Positions 14,101-27,780 of a stretch of DNA of 64,000 nucleotides are shown here, piece by piece. The notes below the pieces were generated by a model. The model worked only from the letters and a program-made list of their open reading frames with translations, was not told the DNA's origin and did no database searches. This stretch comes from Lingula anatina (lineage: Eukaryota > Animalia > Brachiopoda), in assembly GCA_051362555.1 (NCBI GenBank), contig CM120640.1, positions 67,248,788-67,312,787 on the forward strand. The letters run 5' to 3'. The stretch's first letter is position 1; the number at the start of each line of letters is the position of its first letter. A program made the position numbers and the translations under genes.

Positions 14101-15234
14101 CAATTGCAATTTTAAGACACTTTTAACCAACATCTTGACATAACTAATATATGATCAACTGAAACTTTAGTCCATCCTAATATCAATTAACCTCAAAATA
14201 TCTTTTATCTTTAACTAAAACATGCAGATAATGCACAGAACATTTGGTATTTTTTATGCAAAAAATAAATATATATAACCTTTGGTTAAGGCAATGATTG
14301 TGCTCACTCTTACCATCTATATATGCATGCATATTAAGTGACCTGACATTTTGTCTACTTCAATTTGGCTGTCATGCATATATTCTTATGATGATGGGCC
14401 CAAGATGTAAATAAAAATCCGATTTTACATATCACCAAAATGTTTCCATAGCATGACTATATGAAAATTAAACATTGATACCTTAACAGATAATTAGAAT
14501 TCAAAGTGTCAGGGTTTTTGTGAACAAGTACAAATGAAATCATTGTACACTTGTGAATCACAAGTATATCCAGCAAGGAAGACACACCCATATATAGAAG
14601 CACAATCCATTTAGCAAATGGAAACTTCAGATAATGTTCTTTTGGTATAGAAATATGAATAAATATACCCTTTGAAACTTGACCACTGCATATTTACATA
14701 CTGTGCTGTGCTTATGTTATAAATGGAAACCATACAATCCCTCACCACATTCTATTATGAATATATTTCAGGCAAGAAAAAGTAAAATCATCAACCAATA
14801 AAAAAAGACTACTGAAACCAGCAAACAAAAAATAAAATATTATGGCAATTATAACCCTAAGTTCATCTTCTTTTCTACGAACCACAGTTTCCAGCAGGTT
14901 CATGTATTGCACATGAAGAACACACAAATAATATTTCATAGGACAACCCACAAAAGTAGGAAACAACTATGGTACACAGGTACAACCTGAACTTGACCCT
15001 CCCACGACCTGACTGAGTATACACATTCATTTACTTACATATTCATTTCTTCTTATTTGAAAAATATATGAAAAAAAAACACACATTGCACATTTTCTGT
15101 GGGGAACATGTGCAGCAAAGAAAACTGACAAGATGACAGATCACAAGTAATTTCTTCCAAATGTTAACAAGGGATCTTCATGGAACAAGGAGGTGAATAT
15201 ACAATTTGTAAGTATGTACTGAACTCTTCTCATC

Positions 15235-18200
15235 TCACTGGTCTGATTTGACACTGTCTGAAGACACTGACACTGGGGTGCGGCACATCTGACGCAGTTC
15301 TTCTGCTTGAGCTTCCACTTCTCTGCAGAAAATAAATATAATACAGATATAGACAAAAGTTCAAATGAACTAGTTGTAAAATAAAGACACACTAAGTCTC
15401 AGATAATTGCTGACTTACTTCCATGATTTCGATGTATTCTGCACTTGAGCAGTATGGACATCCAGCTGTTTCTGCAAGACAGTCATCTCAGAGCGTAGGG
15501 ACGCCAGGCAGGTCTGTATGTTCTCCAGGGGTCTGAATTGATGAAATGTTCATTTTTTTCTGAATCATATTAATGATCATAATCTCTCTCTCTATCTCTC
15601 TTCACACACACAGGCCCATGCACACACTGGATTATTAAAAAATTCTATCAAACTAAAATCAATCAAAACAATTTATCAATTTTTTCATGAATATGTTATT
15701 ATGTTACATTCTACTTCCCAAGTTCAAAGAAGAAAGAAATCAATATAATCAGTAAAAAGTACCTGGATTTGGCAATTGGGGCACTCTGATTCAGCAATTG
15801 TTCTATAGCAGCAATATCATAGTCTGTTGGCAATGAAAATGATGCCATGGTTCCAGCATCTTCTGTGTTTTGAGATTTGAGAATCTTAAGAAATGAAAAA
15901 TCTATTTATTTATTTATTATAACTCAAATCTGAACATTTTAAGGTAAAAACTTAAAATTACAAAGAGAGGATATTGTTTACAAAATATAGCAAAGTTATG
16001 AATTAAATATATGTTATCTTATCTTTAAAAAATAAGGGTGCTCACCCATACAGCTAATCAAATAAAAAAAAACAGAGCACAGGACTGAAAAATGCTTTAA
16101 AAAAATACAGATACGGATTGGTTCTAACCTTAGTCTGTTCCACACTGGACCTGAGTGCATCATGTAACTCTGACACTTTAGCCTGGTAAGAGAACTTCTC
16201 CTTCCTGGTCCCTGCAAGTTCACACTTAGCTGCCTCCAGCTCTGCCTGAAGACCTTGGAGGCTTTTCTGACTGCTCTGCAGCTCCATCTTCTGTCTCTCC
16301 TCTGCAAGGGTCAGCTTGTCTTGGAGAGCCTTTGCTTCCTGAGATTTCTGCTCTAGCTGCCATTGGAGAGTCTACACAGAGAAATATATTGAACAGGGTT
16401 AGAGAATATTAAAAAATTAATTCTATTTTCATGCACTCAATTATGCAATAAAGCTTTCAAAAAAGCTTAGGATTCTGTCACATTTTCGCATATTTAAATT
16501 CCTTACGAGTTCATCATGATCCTTTTTTTTTCAATGAACAGCATTAAACACAAATTCACTTCGGTTTATTTATTTATTTGCTCCATAAGTCAAAGTAAAC
16601 TAGATGTGCATTAGTCAAAGCAATTGAAAAACCTTTGTAATTTTGAGTTTGTAGCTGCTTATCCAAAAAAAATTATAAGATATTATTAAGCACTGGAAAT
16701 ATATGCAAAAGTGTGACAGGGGTTTTACTGGCTTTGTAGTGTATCAACTTTGACATGTAAATAAAAAGACTCAAAACTTTGAGCTTGGATAATGCTATCA
16801 TTAATCATGCCAGTGGTGAAATAACATGCTTCAGTAACTAATTTTATATCCATTTCTCTCTTACCTTAATCTGATCAACCAACACAGCTTGCTGTGCCTT
16901 CTCTTCAGAAAGTTCTCTGCTCACTCTCTCCAGCTCCACCTTACCACTGTTGTGCTGTGAATTCAAGCTTTCCAAATCAGTCTGATACTGAAGGGCAGCT
17001 TGCTGAGCTCTCCCTAGCTCAACTTCAACAAGATGTGCTGCTTGCTTCTTTTGCTCCAAGTCTTTCTGTAACTGGTCAATGTCTAGGTGCATGGTCTCAA
17101 TCTCACGGCGCAGCTTTACTGTTTCTCCTTTCTGTACCATTAACTGCAAAGACAATATTATTGGTATTTACTAACCCAAAAACTTGCATGAAGGTGACAT
17201 CTTACTAATACTGGAAATGCCCAAACATTATTCTTAAAGGCTATGCTTTTCAAACATTGCACCTGAAAGTTTAACTTGGTACAATTTGCATTTTACACAC
17301 AATGAATGGTTTTTATAGAATATTTTTAAAATAACAACACCTCGAAAGGCAAGATGGCAAACACTACACATCAGTGCTCCTTCTGTGGATAACTGAGAAT
17401 CCATCTCTTTGTTTTAAGGTATTCTCTTTTCTTATAACACTACAAAACAGACTTATGCATGTTGACAGGTATGTACAACCCTGGTTCCAAGCTGAAGATT
17501 TAAGATTCAATCCCAAGCCTTCATTAAAGTTTCCACTTCATACCTGCTTCTTCAAGCCTTTCACGCTGTCTTTCTCCCTGGCTAGGCTCTCCTCAAGGGC
17601 AGTAATCCTCCCCCTGTATTCTGCCTCCACCTGGTCCTTCCTGATCAGCTGTCCCTGGGCAGTGGCACTGAGCTCTGTGATAGAGGACTCCCTCAAGGCC
17701 AGGGCCTCCTCCAGCACACTGGTGTGCTGCTTCAGGGCTGACTGGCTCTGCAATACACCTGGGAAAGACGAAATAAGATGGTATGTATTCCTCTTTCACT
17801 CTCATAAAAGAAACTCTGTGTACTAATTTAGTCTTTTAAGACTTTGTTTTTTTCTCAAGATATAAGTGATGGTTTGTGATACATATCTGAACTTTTAGAA
17901 AGCAGAAAAAGTTCATAGTGGATGTGTGCTATAGAAAAGGCTCAAGTTAAAATGTGTACCTGATAACCTTCCTTTCTCCCTCTCAAGTTCTAACATAAGC
18001 TTCTTGTTTACAGTATCAGATTTGTGGTGTTTCCTTCCATGTTCTTTTGACTTCTGCAGATCCCTTTCCAAACTTCCAATTTTCTTTTTGTAGTCTTCAA
18101 TGACATTTTCTGTGGCCTTGTGCAGCTGCATTATTTCTGCTTCAAGAGTAAGCTTCCGATTTCTTGTTGCCTCCAAATCACCAGAGAGAGCCTTGAAAAT

Positions 18201-21200
18201 ATGCAATATAATATATAATTTTAATATTAACAGCCAAAAATAAGATATTCAAAGAATATTTTGACATTTATGCTCACGTCTCTGAAAATTGATAACTGTC
18301 TTATCAAAGAATGTGCTTTTTCTATGATGAGTCTGGCCACCTCCTAATCTGATGCTTTAAAAATATACATTTTCCAATTTGTCAACTGATCATCTCACAC
18401 ACAGTGTATTGCAATATTTATTTACTTATTGTTCCTACCTCAATCTGCTTGTTGAAGTCACTTCTCTGTTTCTCTTGGTCTTCTTCAGATCTCTTCCTGA
18501 GAACCTCCAACTCTTTAACAGCCAAATCTTTTCCATTCTTAGCATATGCCAACTTTTCACGAAGCTCAGCCACAATGTTGTCAGTATCAGACTGCTTATC
18601 ATGCAGGTCTGACTGCAGCTTGCTCAATTCAGCCTCGAGTTCAGACACAGTGACAGCATGTGACGAGGCCTCACTCTGAGTCTGGGTCTCAAGTTCACGT
18701 ACCCTGATCTTGAGCACAGTGTTCTCATCAGTCAGTTTTGCAATGGTACCCTGGTCATCACTCGTAGTTTCCAACTGTCCTTCCAGGTAAACATTATGTT
18801 TTGTTGCATCTTCTAGTTTCTGTTTTAATTCGTTTAGCTTTTCCTTGAGACTAGCCACCTCTGACCGACTATTTTCTGACTTCTCTTGGGAACTTTGTGC
18901 AACATTGAGTTCATTTTTCAGCCTGGTAATCTCAATTTCCTGGCCAAGTTTCTGTGACTGCAACTCATGTGTGGCTGAGACTGCTGCAGTCAGGTCACTG
19001 CTACATCTATCATAGGCTATTCTCTGATCGTAAATTTGGGAGTTTGCTGCTTCCAAAGACCTTTCCAAGGACTGGTTTTCATGTTTCAGTTTGTCTAACT
19101 CCGTTTCTTTTGCACTTACACTCTGCTTCATGACCAAGAAACCCTGTTCTAACTTCATCAGATCATCCCTCAGTATATCTATGGACCTTTCAACTTCTTC
19201 TTTTTCACGCAGTGCTGAGTCCAGCTCCACCTGTAGCCTGGCATTATCTTCCCTCAATATCAGCACTACCTCGTCCTTGGACCCTGTTACCTGCTGTAGA
19301 CCCTTTAACCTAACATCTGTATCCAAAGCACTTTGGCGTAACATTTCAATAGTGGCCTCTCTCTCCTGTAATTCTTTGGTGGACAAGGTCAGGCGCTTCA
19401 TCAGCTCAGCCTGCTCGTGTTCCAACACACCAATCCTGGCTTCTTTGACTCTAAGTTCATTGGAAGACTTTTTCAATTCAGCCTCTAAATCAGCTACAGA
19501 GGTAGTCACTGAGGAGAGGCGTTCTCTTTCCTCTTCAACTTTTTGCATCCTTAATTTCAAGACCTCTTCTGCCGACCCCTGTTGTCGTTTTATTTGGTCA
19601 AACATGGCTTCTCTCTCCATCATTGCATATTCTATACTCTCCAGGTGATTGGCAAGCTGCTCTTTGTCTTGCAACACCTTCTGTTGAAGGTCAGCATGCC
19701 TGTGACTGATATCGACATTTTCAGCCTTTAATTTCTCAATTTCATTTCCCTGTTGCACAGACAAGGTTTTCAGGGACGCAACTTCCTGCTGCAATTGTGT
19801 TTTTATTTCCTGAGCATTTGTAAGCTGCTGCTGAAACCAATCTCTTTTCTTGAGATATCCCTCAATGTCACTTCTCAGAGACTGGATCTCAGACTCTGCT
19901 TGCATCTTGACTTGCAATGAAGTCTGTAATTCAACATAGAGTTCAGCAACTTTATTCTTTAAATCTTGAGCAGTCATATCTTTCCCTTGTAATTCCTGTC
20001 TTAAAGCCTCCACCTTATTCTGCAGCCTTTCACATTTGGTCTGATTTACATCCAGTTCATCCTGAAGATTCCTTATTTCAAGACTTTTGTCGTCTGATGA
20101 TCTTTCCAATTCACTTACATGGTGTCGAAGTTCTTTTGAGCTTTGTCTGAGCAGTTGTAACTCTGTCAACAATTCATTCCCTTTTGAGCCATAAAATGAA
20201 CTTGAAGCCTGGGAGACTTGAGACTTCATGGCTGCTAGCTGTGCCTGTAGTTGAGCCCTTTCTTGCATGGCATTTTTTGCCTCTGTAGACATTACTTCTA
20301 ACTGACCTTCAAGGTTTGCCTTCTCTTTCAATAGCTGTTCCACATCAAAAGTTTCTGTTGCTGAGGTAGCTAAACTAGAAATGCTTGAAGATCGACTGCG
20401 TCCATCTAATGGTGTCAGTTCAGGTCGTAACAAGCCTTCTAATCCCTGTGGAAGACCAGGATGCCAACCATACTCAGATGATCTACTGCTGCTCTGGGAC
20501 CTGTCACACATCTCCCCTGCTTCCTCTGAGTACCCCTTTATAGGGAGACCATGTGCCTTATATTGCTGCCATAGATTCTCATCTGATTTGACTGTTCTGA
20601 ACTGGGGAGCAGGTGACTGACCTTTTTCTCTAACAGGGGTAGAGGTCCCAACTGGGCCCAGGTTAGGTGGCAATGCATGTTGCTCTATCTGGTCCAGATC
20701 TAAGTCTTCTTGAATTGCACATTCCCTAAAAGTATCACCGATGCTTTGACCCTTTGAAATCAACACTGTGTTGGTGTTAAAGTTGTTGCAGTTATTGGCA
20801 TTGTTAAAGTTGTTGCAGTTATTGGTACTGTTAAAAGGAGTTGGGGTGACGTTACCCTCTTCATGGTTCATATCATTGGTTGGGGTGACCCTGTCTGGAA
20901 AAATGGCGTAATTAGAGTCACCATCACCAAAACTAAATACTTTATTTTCTTTTTCAGTTTTTCCCTCAGCCTGCTGATTGATAATTTCCTCTTCTGTATG
21001 AACAGCAGTATCTACTTTAAGCTCTTCAAAATACTCCTGAGGGGCATCTGTATCATTCCCTAGCTGCGGGAAGTCATTAGATGTGTCCCCTGTGACCACC
21101 GACTTGGTCTTAGTAATGGTTATCAGCTCCTGTGGGACCCTAATGAGATTCTGTGGCATGGGTTGGGGAGAGGAGCCATCCAACTGATAGGGATCTGTGT

Positions 21201-24200
21201 TAGACCTATCTGGTAGTTCCAATAGGTAATTATTGAACCTGTCTGTGTGTGGGTTGTCTGTGCCATCAATAGTGACCCCATGAGGGTGAGATTGGTCTGC
21301 TACACTTCCATTTGCCTGCAGTATTTCATTATTGCCTTTACTGATTGATGGTTCCCTGGAAATCTGATTATCTACCCTCTAAAAATCAATCAAACAACAC
21401 TTGGTTATAATGAGATTGCCTAAACCAAAACAGTGTGTGTCACGCCAAAATAGGTAAATACCATAACTGATATGTTTGGAGATTAACAAGAAGGAAAACC
21501 AGCCAACTTTGTGTTTGTACAGAAATGTTATTTCAAAACAAATAATGAGGTAATAAAAATGAGGAGTGACATTTGAATGATTTTAATATTATGATCAATA
21601 AAAGTTACAGGTCCTAAAACATGTCATGATCATAATTGGTATTTTAAGTCGTCATATCAATTACATTTGTGTTTTAACATTTAAAAATTTTTAAAAATCA
21701 TCTCATCCCAGCAGAATACACATCTAAGACATACTTTGGCAACACACACATTTTGGTGGGAAACATTACCACCACCAAGACAATTCAGGTACCCAACCTA
21801 ACATTTGAATACAGTGATTTTCTCAAATAGGTGAACAAAACTTTACAAAACTAAAATTCTCCCATCCACTAACCATTTGTTAACAACACTGGTATAAAAA
21901 CAATACTAATATATCTTCCCCTCAAGTACATAATATTATATTATGAATATCTGCTGGGGATAACTAACCTCAAGACTGGTGCCGTTTTTAGCCAACTTCA
22001 ATTTCTTCTCAGCATCAGCTATAGCCTGTGCTATAAGTTCATTTGAAGCAGGAGGCAATGCTGAGGAACCTTAAAGAAAACAATTTGTTGATAACTAATT
22101 TAAACAGAAAATACACAAAAAATACCACAAACATCATAAATGCTAAGTTTTTGACAAAGTTAAATTATTGTCAGCTGCAAGAAGGTATCGTAAGTATTCC
22201 AGAAAAATAGGATGTCAGAAAACAGTCTCTTCCTTTATTTTTTCATGTTGAAAAAGATGTCTGTAATTCTTTACCTATAACTGACTTTTGCAATGCCAGG
22301 GCATCCACTGTGTTGGTGAATGCAGTAAAACTATCTGAGGAACTGGTCCTTGTAAAGCTTTCGTTGTGTTCCATTATCTGCAAAGGAATGGTTTACAAAA
22401 AAAGATGTGAAGATGTTAGCTTTTTCATACATCATGTCACAGTGCCATGGACACATATATGGCTCAACTTGTTATCCAGCTCAACTTGTTATCCAGGCAA
22501 TAACACAAACCATAAGTGAAACTTCTTGTCATTAACCATGCTATTTCCTGAAGCAACTTAACTTCACCAAAAATTGAAGAGATGTGAACTTAAGTGTCTT
22601 GTGACATATCAAAGTACACTGCATATGCATCAATATTGTATTATGTCTGTTATAAGAAAGAATTCCAAAATGAATCTACAGTAAATTTTAATTGCAAAAA
22701 CAAATTCTAAAAACTTGTTAATACGCTCTGGACACTTCATTAAAGCTAATGACAAGCAAAAACAAGCATTAAAAAACACAAGCTATAATACAGCATTAAA
22801 ACTAGAACAAACCAACAATGGAATCCAAAACAAAAAAAAAAGCAATTTTCGAGGGGTTGTATCACTTTCAAGGTCTGGTGTGAATAAGATAAGAGGCTTT
22901 GCATGATATTTAGACACAAATTTGGCCTTGGAAAATGTCTTCAAACATGTACAGAATCCTTTGAAGGGTAAAGAGTTGGCATTACAGGAAAATTTAACTT
23001 TTGCTAAATAAAAGTAAAACGCTGAGTGTGTGTCCTTAAAAATCGAGATGACAGTTGCCGTTTCCACCACTCTGTGATACACCATGCAGCATCCACTTAC
23101 AGCTGCAGTCCCGTTCCTTTCTGTTGTGTCTGATGAACTGGAATTGTGAATTATGTCATTGTGAAGTGTTGAGTGGTAGGAGCAAGTAGAGAACACGCCA
23201 GGGAGAGCCTCTTCAACAAGCTCTGGTTCAGATGTCTCGTCAGCACCCTCTACGCTAGGTCTACTGGCAGAGTGAAAGTTAGTGGCTACTGTAACACCAA
23301 AACAAACACAATATGCACACTGTTCAGTGTGAAGTGTTAAAAGAGAGGATATTAACATTTTTGAATAACACTTATTGCTGTGTTAGCTGATTAAACCACT
23401 GAAATCATTGCAATGACACTCATTATAGCTTTAAACAGTGACCAAGGGATTAAAACCACTCTTCAGAGGTCACAATTTCAAAATCTCATGAAAAAAACAA
23501 ATCAATCCTTTAAAACTTCCACCAGCTGTACTGAGTGACTACACAATCTTCAGTGGTTTGTTCATTATAACATCTTAAATGAGATTTTTAAAGAGAGAAA
23601 ACTGCAAACTAACTGTGTATATCAAGATATCCTATCCAGCAGAGTATAGAGCATTGAGAAAGGTGATTTTAGGAAGAAGTTTATATCTAAATGATGGGAG
23701 TAAATTGTCAAATACAACACAAAAAAATATTAATCATAAAAATAATAATCAAACTAAGAAAAATTCTTTAATATTTCCTGCAAGTTATATTAACAAGTAC
23801 CTTCCACTAACCTTCTTCTATCTTTATTGTCCTGTGTATTGGTGAACTTCTGGAATGTGATCTTGAGCTACCTAGGTGATTGAAATGGACATTGTTCTCT
23901 AAATGTACATCCACAACTTTGGTTTCAACAATTTGCCCACTGTGAACTCTAGAGGGCAGCACAGTATCAGCATTATAAGCAGAAACAAGAGGAGCCCATT
24001 GCCCTAGAAATAGAGAGACCATCTACACCCAAGATAAAGCAAGGATATGGAAAAGATATGCAAGCATCAACTTGGAATTTGTAGAAAAATGCATTAATTT
24101 TCTTAATGCTGGAAGAGTAGTAAAATTCCTGAAAGAGTAACAAAATTTCATTTGTATGCATTAACCCTTTGATAGTGTTCAAGATAAAAAAAATCTCAGT

Positions 24201-24976
24201 ACCAAGATACTTTTGAAAATATCAGCAGGAAATGCCACAGAAATTCCAAAAAGAACCAAAGGAGAAGGTATGAAATATTTATAAAAAGCAAGGTTTACAT
24301 ATTACTTATATTCCAAAATACGTTAAACATTTTATGTACAAAACGATATTACTTGAATACCACACAACAAAATTGAGGTCACATTCAGAACAGATGACCA
24401 GCAGACTAACTGATCTGGGGACTAAATATGGCCGATCCCACTCAAAAGCAAGCCGCCTTTTCTTCTGATGGTCTCCCCGCATCCACTTGCGCCATGAAAT
24501 GGTTTGAATCTCAGCCTCCAGGTCTAATTGCAAGGCCTCTGCAGGGATGGCACATGTGGAGACATGCGGGGAGACTATCAGGGGTTTAGTCAGCATTGCT
24601 TTTAGGTGGGTCAGCCATATTTGAACTGAAAATCTGCAGATCAACTTGTTCTGAATGTGCTCCTATATACCCCAAAATAAAATTTTAATGAAATAAGTTC
24701 ATATCTCACACTGGCTTAATGTACTCAGATCTTTTTACTAGTATGGGACTCTGACAGCAGAGAGAGGATGCTATTAATGCATTACCAATGCACATCTGGA
24801 ACTTTACCTTGATCCTCCTGTACATTTGACTGATTCACTGCTGTGCCATTAGCACTGCTCAAGAGCTCATCATATTGATAAGAGACCACATTGCTGAAGG
24901 AGTCAAGGGTCTGGTTCTGTGGAATATCTTCTGCCTCAAAATTAACCTGGTGAAACCGTAACTCAAATGGCTCCAT
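15235..24976 (-). CDS. GOLGA3: Golgin subfamily A member 3 (golgin-160), ~1661 aa coiled-coil Golgi protein
   Basis: Phase-consistent GT-AG exons: 24976-24808, 24003-23812, 23288-23101, 22377-22275, 22069-21969, 21378-18439, 18191-17960, 17758-17544, 17143-16865, 16371-16129, 15884-15763, 15532-15419, 15322-15235 (TGA). The motifs LLKEKANLEGQLEVMSTEAKNAMQERAQLQAQL, RDWFQQQL, ELEREKGRLSG and PLENIQTCLASLRSEM match the golgin-160 pattern. The N-terminal small exons are less certain. Confidence 0.88.
20776..20836 (-). repeat. In-frame 27-nt tandem duplication in the GOLGA3 large exon (NNCNNFN x2)
   Basis: GTTAAAGTTGTTGCAGTTATTGG repeats with a 27-nt period and encodes FNSTNNCNNFNNANNCNNFNT. Confidence 0.85.
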
Positions 24977-27652
24977 CTAACAGCCCGATCTTGCCACGCT
25001 GCAAGCTGTACCTGCCTGTCCTCACTACAGCAGATGATGACTGCAATAAATATAAATGACAGAGTTTACCAGACTACAGTAGCAGATAACAGAAACCACA
25101 GTATTGAGAACATATTCTAGTTTATAGTGGAGATGAAGATCCACCTTCTCATCCATGATTCATATCACATGAATAGTCAATGGGTATTCTCTATGCGGTG
25201 CCTATGAAAAAAAATATTGTGGCACGTTATAATTATAAACAGCAGCTGACATATATATATGTAGACCAAATAAGCATTTTAAAAAAACTTGTTAAAAAAC
25301 TTGATGTATATTATTATGCCAGATTTCTTTCCAAACTAAGATGGATTGCAAATGATATGTCCAGATACATTTTGTGAAATATGTATAAGTACATACTAAT
25401 TTGCAACAAAATTATGACCTACATATCTAGTTAGCATAAACTGTATATTATCCTAGTGCATAAGAATAACAATATGAGATAATATGTGTATGCATGCATA
25501 CAAAACGGAATACACTTTATAATTAAATATACAGCCAGCATATAGCGGTAACTTGGAATGTGTAAAATTGTGTACTTATCTACATGTATTTATAAATGCT
25601 TTCAGAGCAGAAATAATACCAGTTTGTTCAGCACATAGCTTTATTAGCAGTATTTGCTAATGACCAATTCTTATGTTTGTGTTAGGCTGTTTGGTTTTAC
25701 ATTTAATATTAAAAATGCATTCGCAACTCAGCTGTGTATTCTTACTGATTGACAAGTAGATATTTACAGAGTGAGATTAACCCTGTTCTATTTGAATATA
25801 TATATATATATAAATATATATTGAAACCAATGAAGAGAAATCTGTGTGAATTTAATTTTCTAAAATGGCTATCTCTGCTTCTCTCTCTGATTACTTAACC
25901 GATATTGTGCTGATTGAGAATTAAAATTATGGTCACAAATTAACCTGCTAAACAGATTAACTTAATTCCACAAATCTCACTGTTCACCTACTCAGTTAAT
26001 CAGAATGGGCTTAACAAAACAAGTCATCCATATACTCAGAGCTTTAAAATGATAAATGCTGTACAATATGGTAGTTGATGTGGATATTTTCTTTAAAATG
26101 TCAAGAAGCATGGCAGTCTAAATAAGCCATGATTCATTTAGAACTAAGTTTCCTGGTAAGATATAGACCAAAAGACTGAATCTAATTCTAAGTTTACAAA
26201 GGTTTGTGCAATGATTTAGCAGTGGGAGAAAATAACTATTTTATCAAGAAAAACTACATTTGGTGTCTAAAAGCCCATACAGAGCACCTTCAGTATACCA
26301 CCATGGCTACGGCAGAAAAGCGGGTGATGCTCTTAGGCCATATTCACAACCACGGATCAAATAGGGCTGAATTAATTGAATACTTGTTGCATAACCCCAG
26401 TGGGAAATCTTTTCAGAGTCTATTGGGGGATCAGATGACAAGCTTTTAAGTGGGTTGCCATATTAAAGTCAGTTGTGAATGTGGCCTTAGAGTAAATGCC
26501 CATGCATTGTGGCATGTGTAAAAGAGAATGATAAGAATAGAGAAAACAAATATCAAAGACTTCTTACACCAATGAGGAATAAATGTGTTTAGATTCTCCA
26601 ACATCTGGCATCCATGGGACAGAATTATTTTCCATGTGTACACTCACTGCACAAAGACTAAACAAAACCGTCCTTACTTAGGGCATGTAATGCATGTACA
26701 GTAGCTAACGTGATAATAAAGCATTGCTCAACTATCAAAAGATGCTATGACAAAAAAAATGCCAAGTTTGCAGCTGTATATAGTTAGACTAATAGAATGG
26801 CGAAAAAAATATAAAAGAAGAATTTCTATGATGAAGAGATTCAGAAGCTATTATAATGTTACACTGAAAAACACTATTTTGATCAGCAAGTTTACCAACA
26901 TGACAATAGTTGACAAGGAGAAAACTTAGCAGAATATCATAGCCAAATTTAAGCCAATGTGGTCATGCTCAGTTATTACCTTTATTATTTTATTATCTGT
27001 ATGGGTACATGGGGATTTGGTTACATTCGTTTTGAATGCTTTAACCAATTTTGATAGAGTTTTGACTTATGGTAGACTAGCACGTGGTTTAAGGTTATTT
27101 TGGGTTGTAGGTTTATGCACCAGGCTTATTTATCACATGGCGATTTTATGACACTCGTTTACTATTAACCAATCAAGGTGACAGCCGAGGGTGGTATAAT
27201 CACATATGATTATCTGTTAATCTCCCTGTGATTAACATTTATTCACGTGGTTGTCAGACATTGTGATAAGAGGCTGTGCAAATATATGCGGTTCAAGTTT
27301 ATACTGGCGGCGCCGGTGGACAGTATGCTACTAGTATTTCACCTTATTTATTTGCTTGTTTCTCACAGCAGGGTTTTTATATATGGCTATGAAAAAGCAT
27401 CTACATGAAAAGAATAGCTGTTATGATAGAGTAACCATGCATGTATGACACAAATAATGGAATGGAATCCGAAGTCCTCCCCCCCCCCCCACCCCCACCT
27501 CTTCTTCCCCATTGCATTCCCATTTTGTCCTAGGACGATTGCTCATAACATATTTGAATAAGCTGTGAAGAAAAAACACACAAAATAATTTTAAAAATAC
27601 CGAAAAATAAACACATTATCACACTTTACAATAAAAATTCTGAAAATCTTAC

Positions 27653-27780
27653 CAGACGTGGCATCGGTGTTGTTTTGGGAAAAATGGGCCACTTCCTGTC
27701 ACTTCCTGTTTAATCAACCCAAACCGAGGCCGGATGTAGTGAGTTTGGAGGGATATTTAAAGAACATTTTTGATAAGAAA
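27653..27780. promoter_or_regulatory. Bidirectional promoter shared by GOLGA3 (non-coding exon 1, -) and the CUB-TM gene (+)
   Basis: Minus-strand donor CTG|GTAAGA at 27652. Tandem ETS cores CACTTCCTGT x2 (27690-27709) and CCGGATGT (27730-27737). The plus-strand ATG at 27781 is ~130 bp from the minus-strand donor. Confidence 0.6.

Noticed and set aside
16894-21063. Plus-strand ORFs such as 19091-19648 and 17374-17826
   Set aside because: Antisense shadows of GOLGA3 coiled-coil exons.
22462-22495. 17-bp tandem duplication GCTCAACTTGTTATCCA
   Set aside because: Simple local intronic duplication with no evident function.
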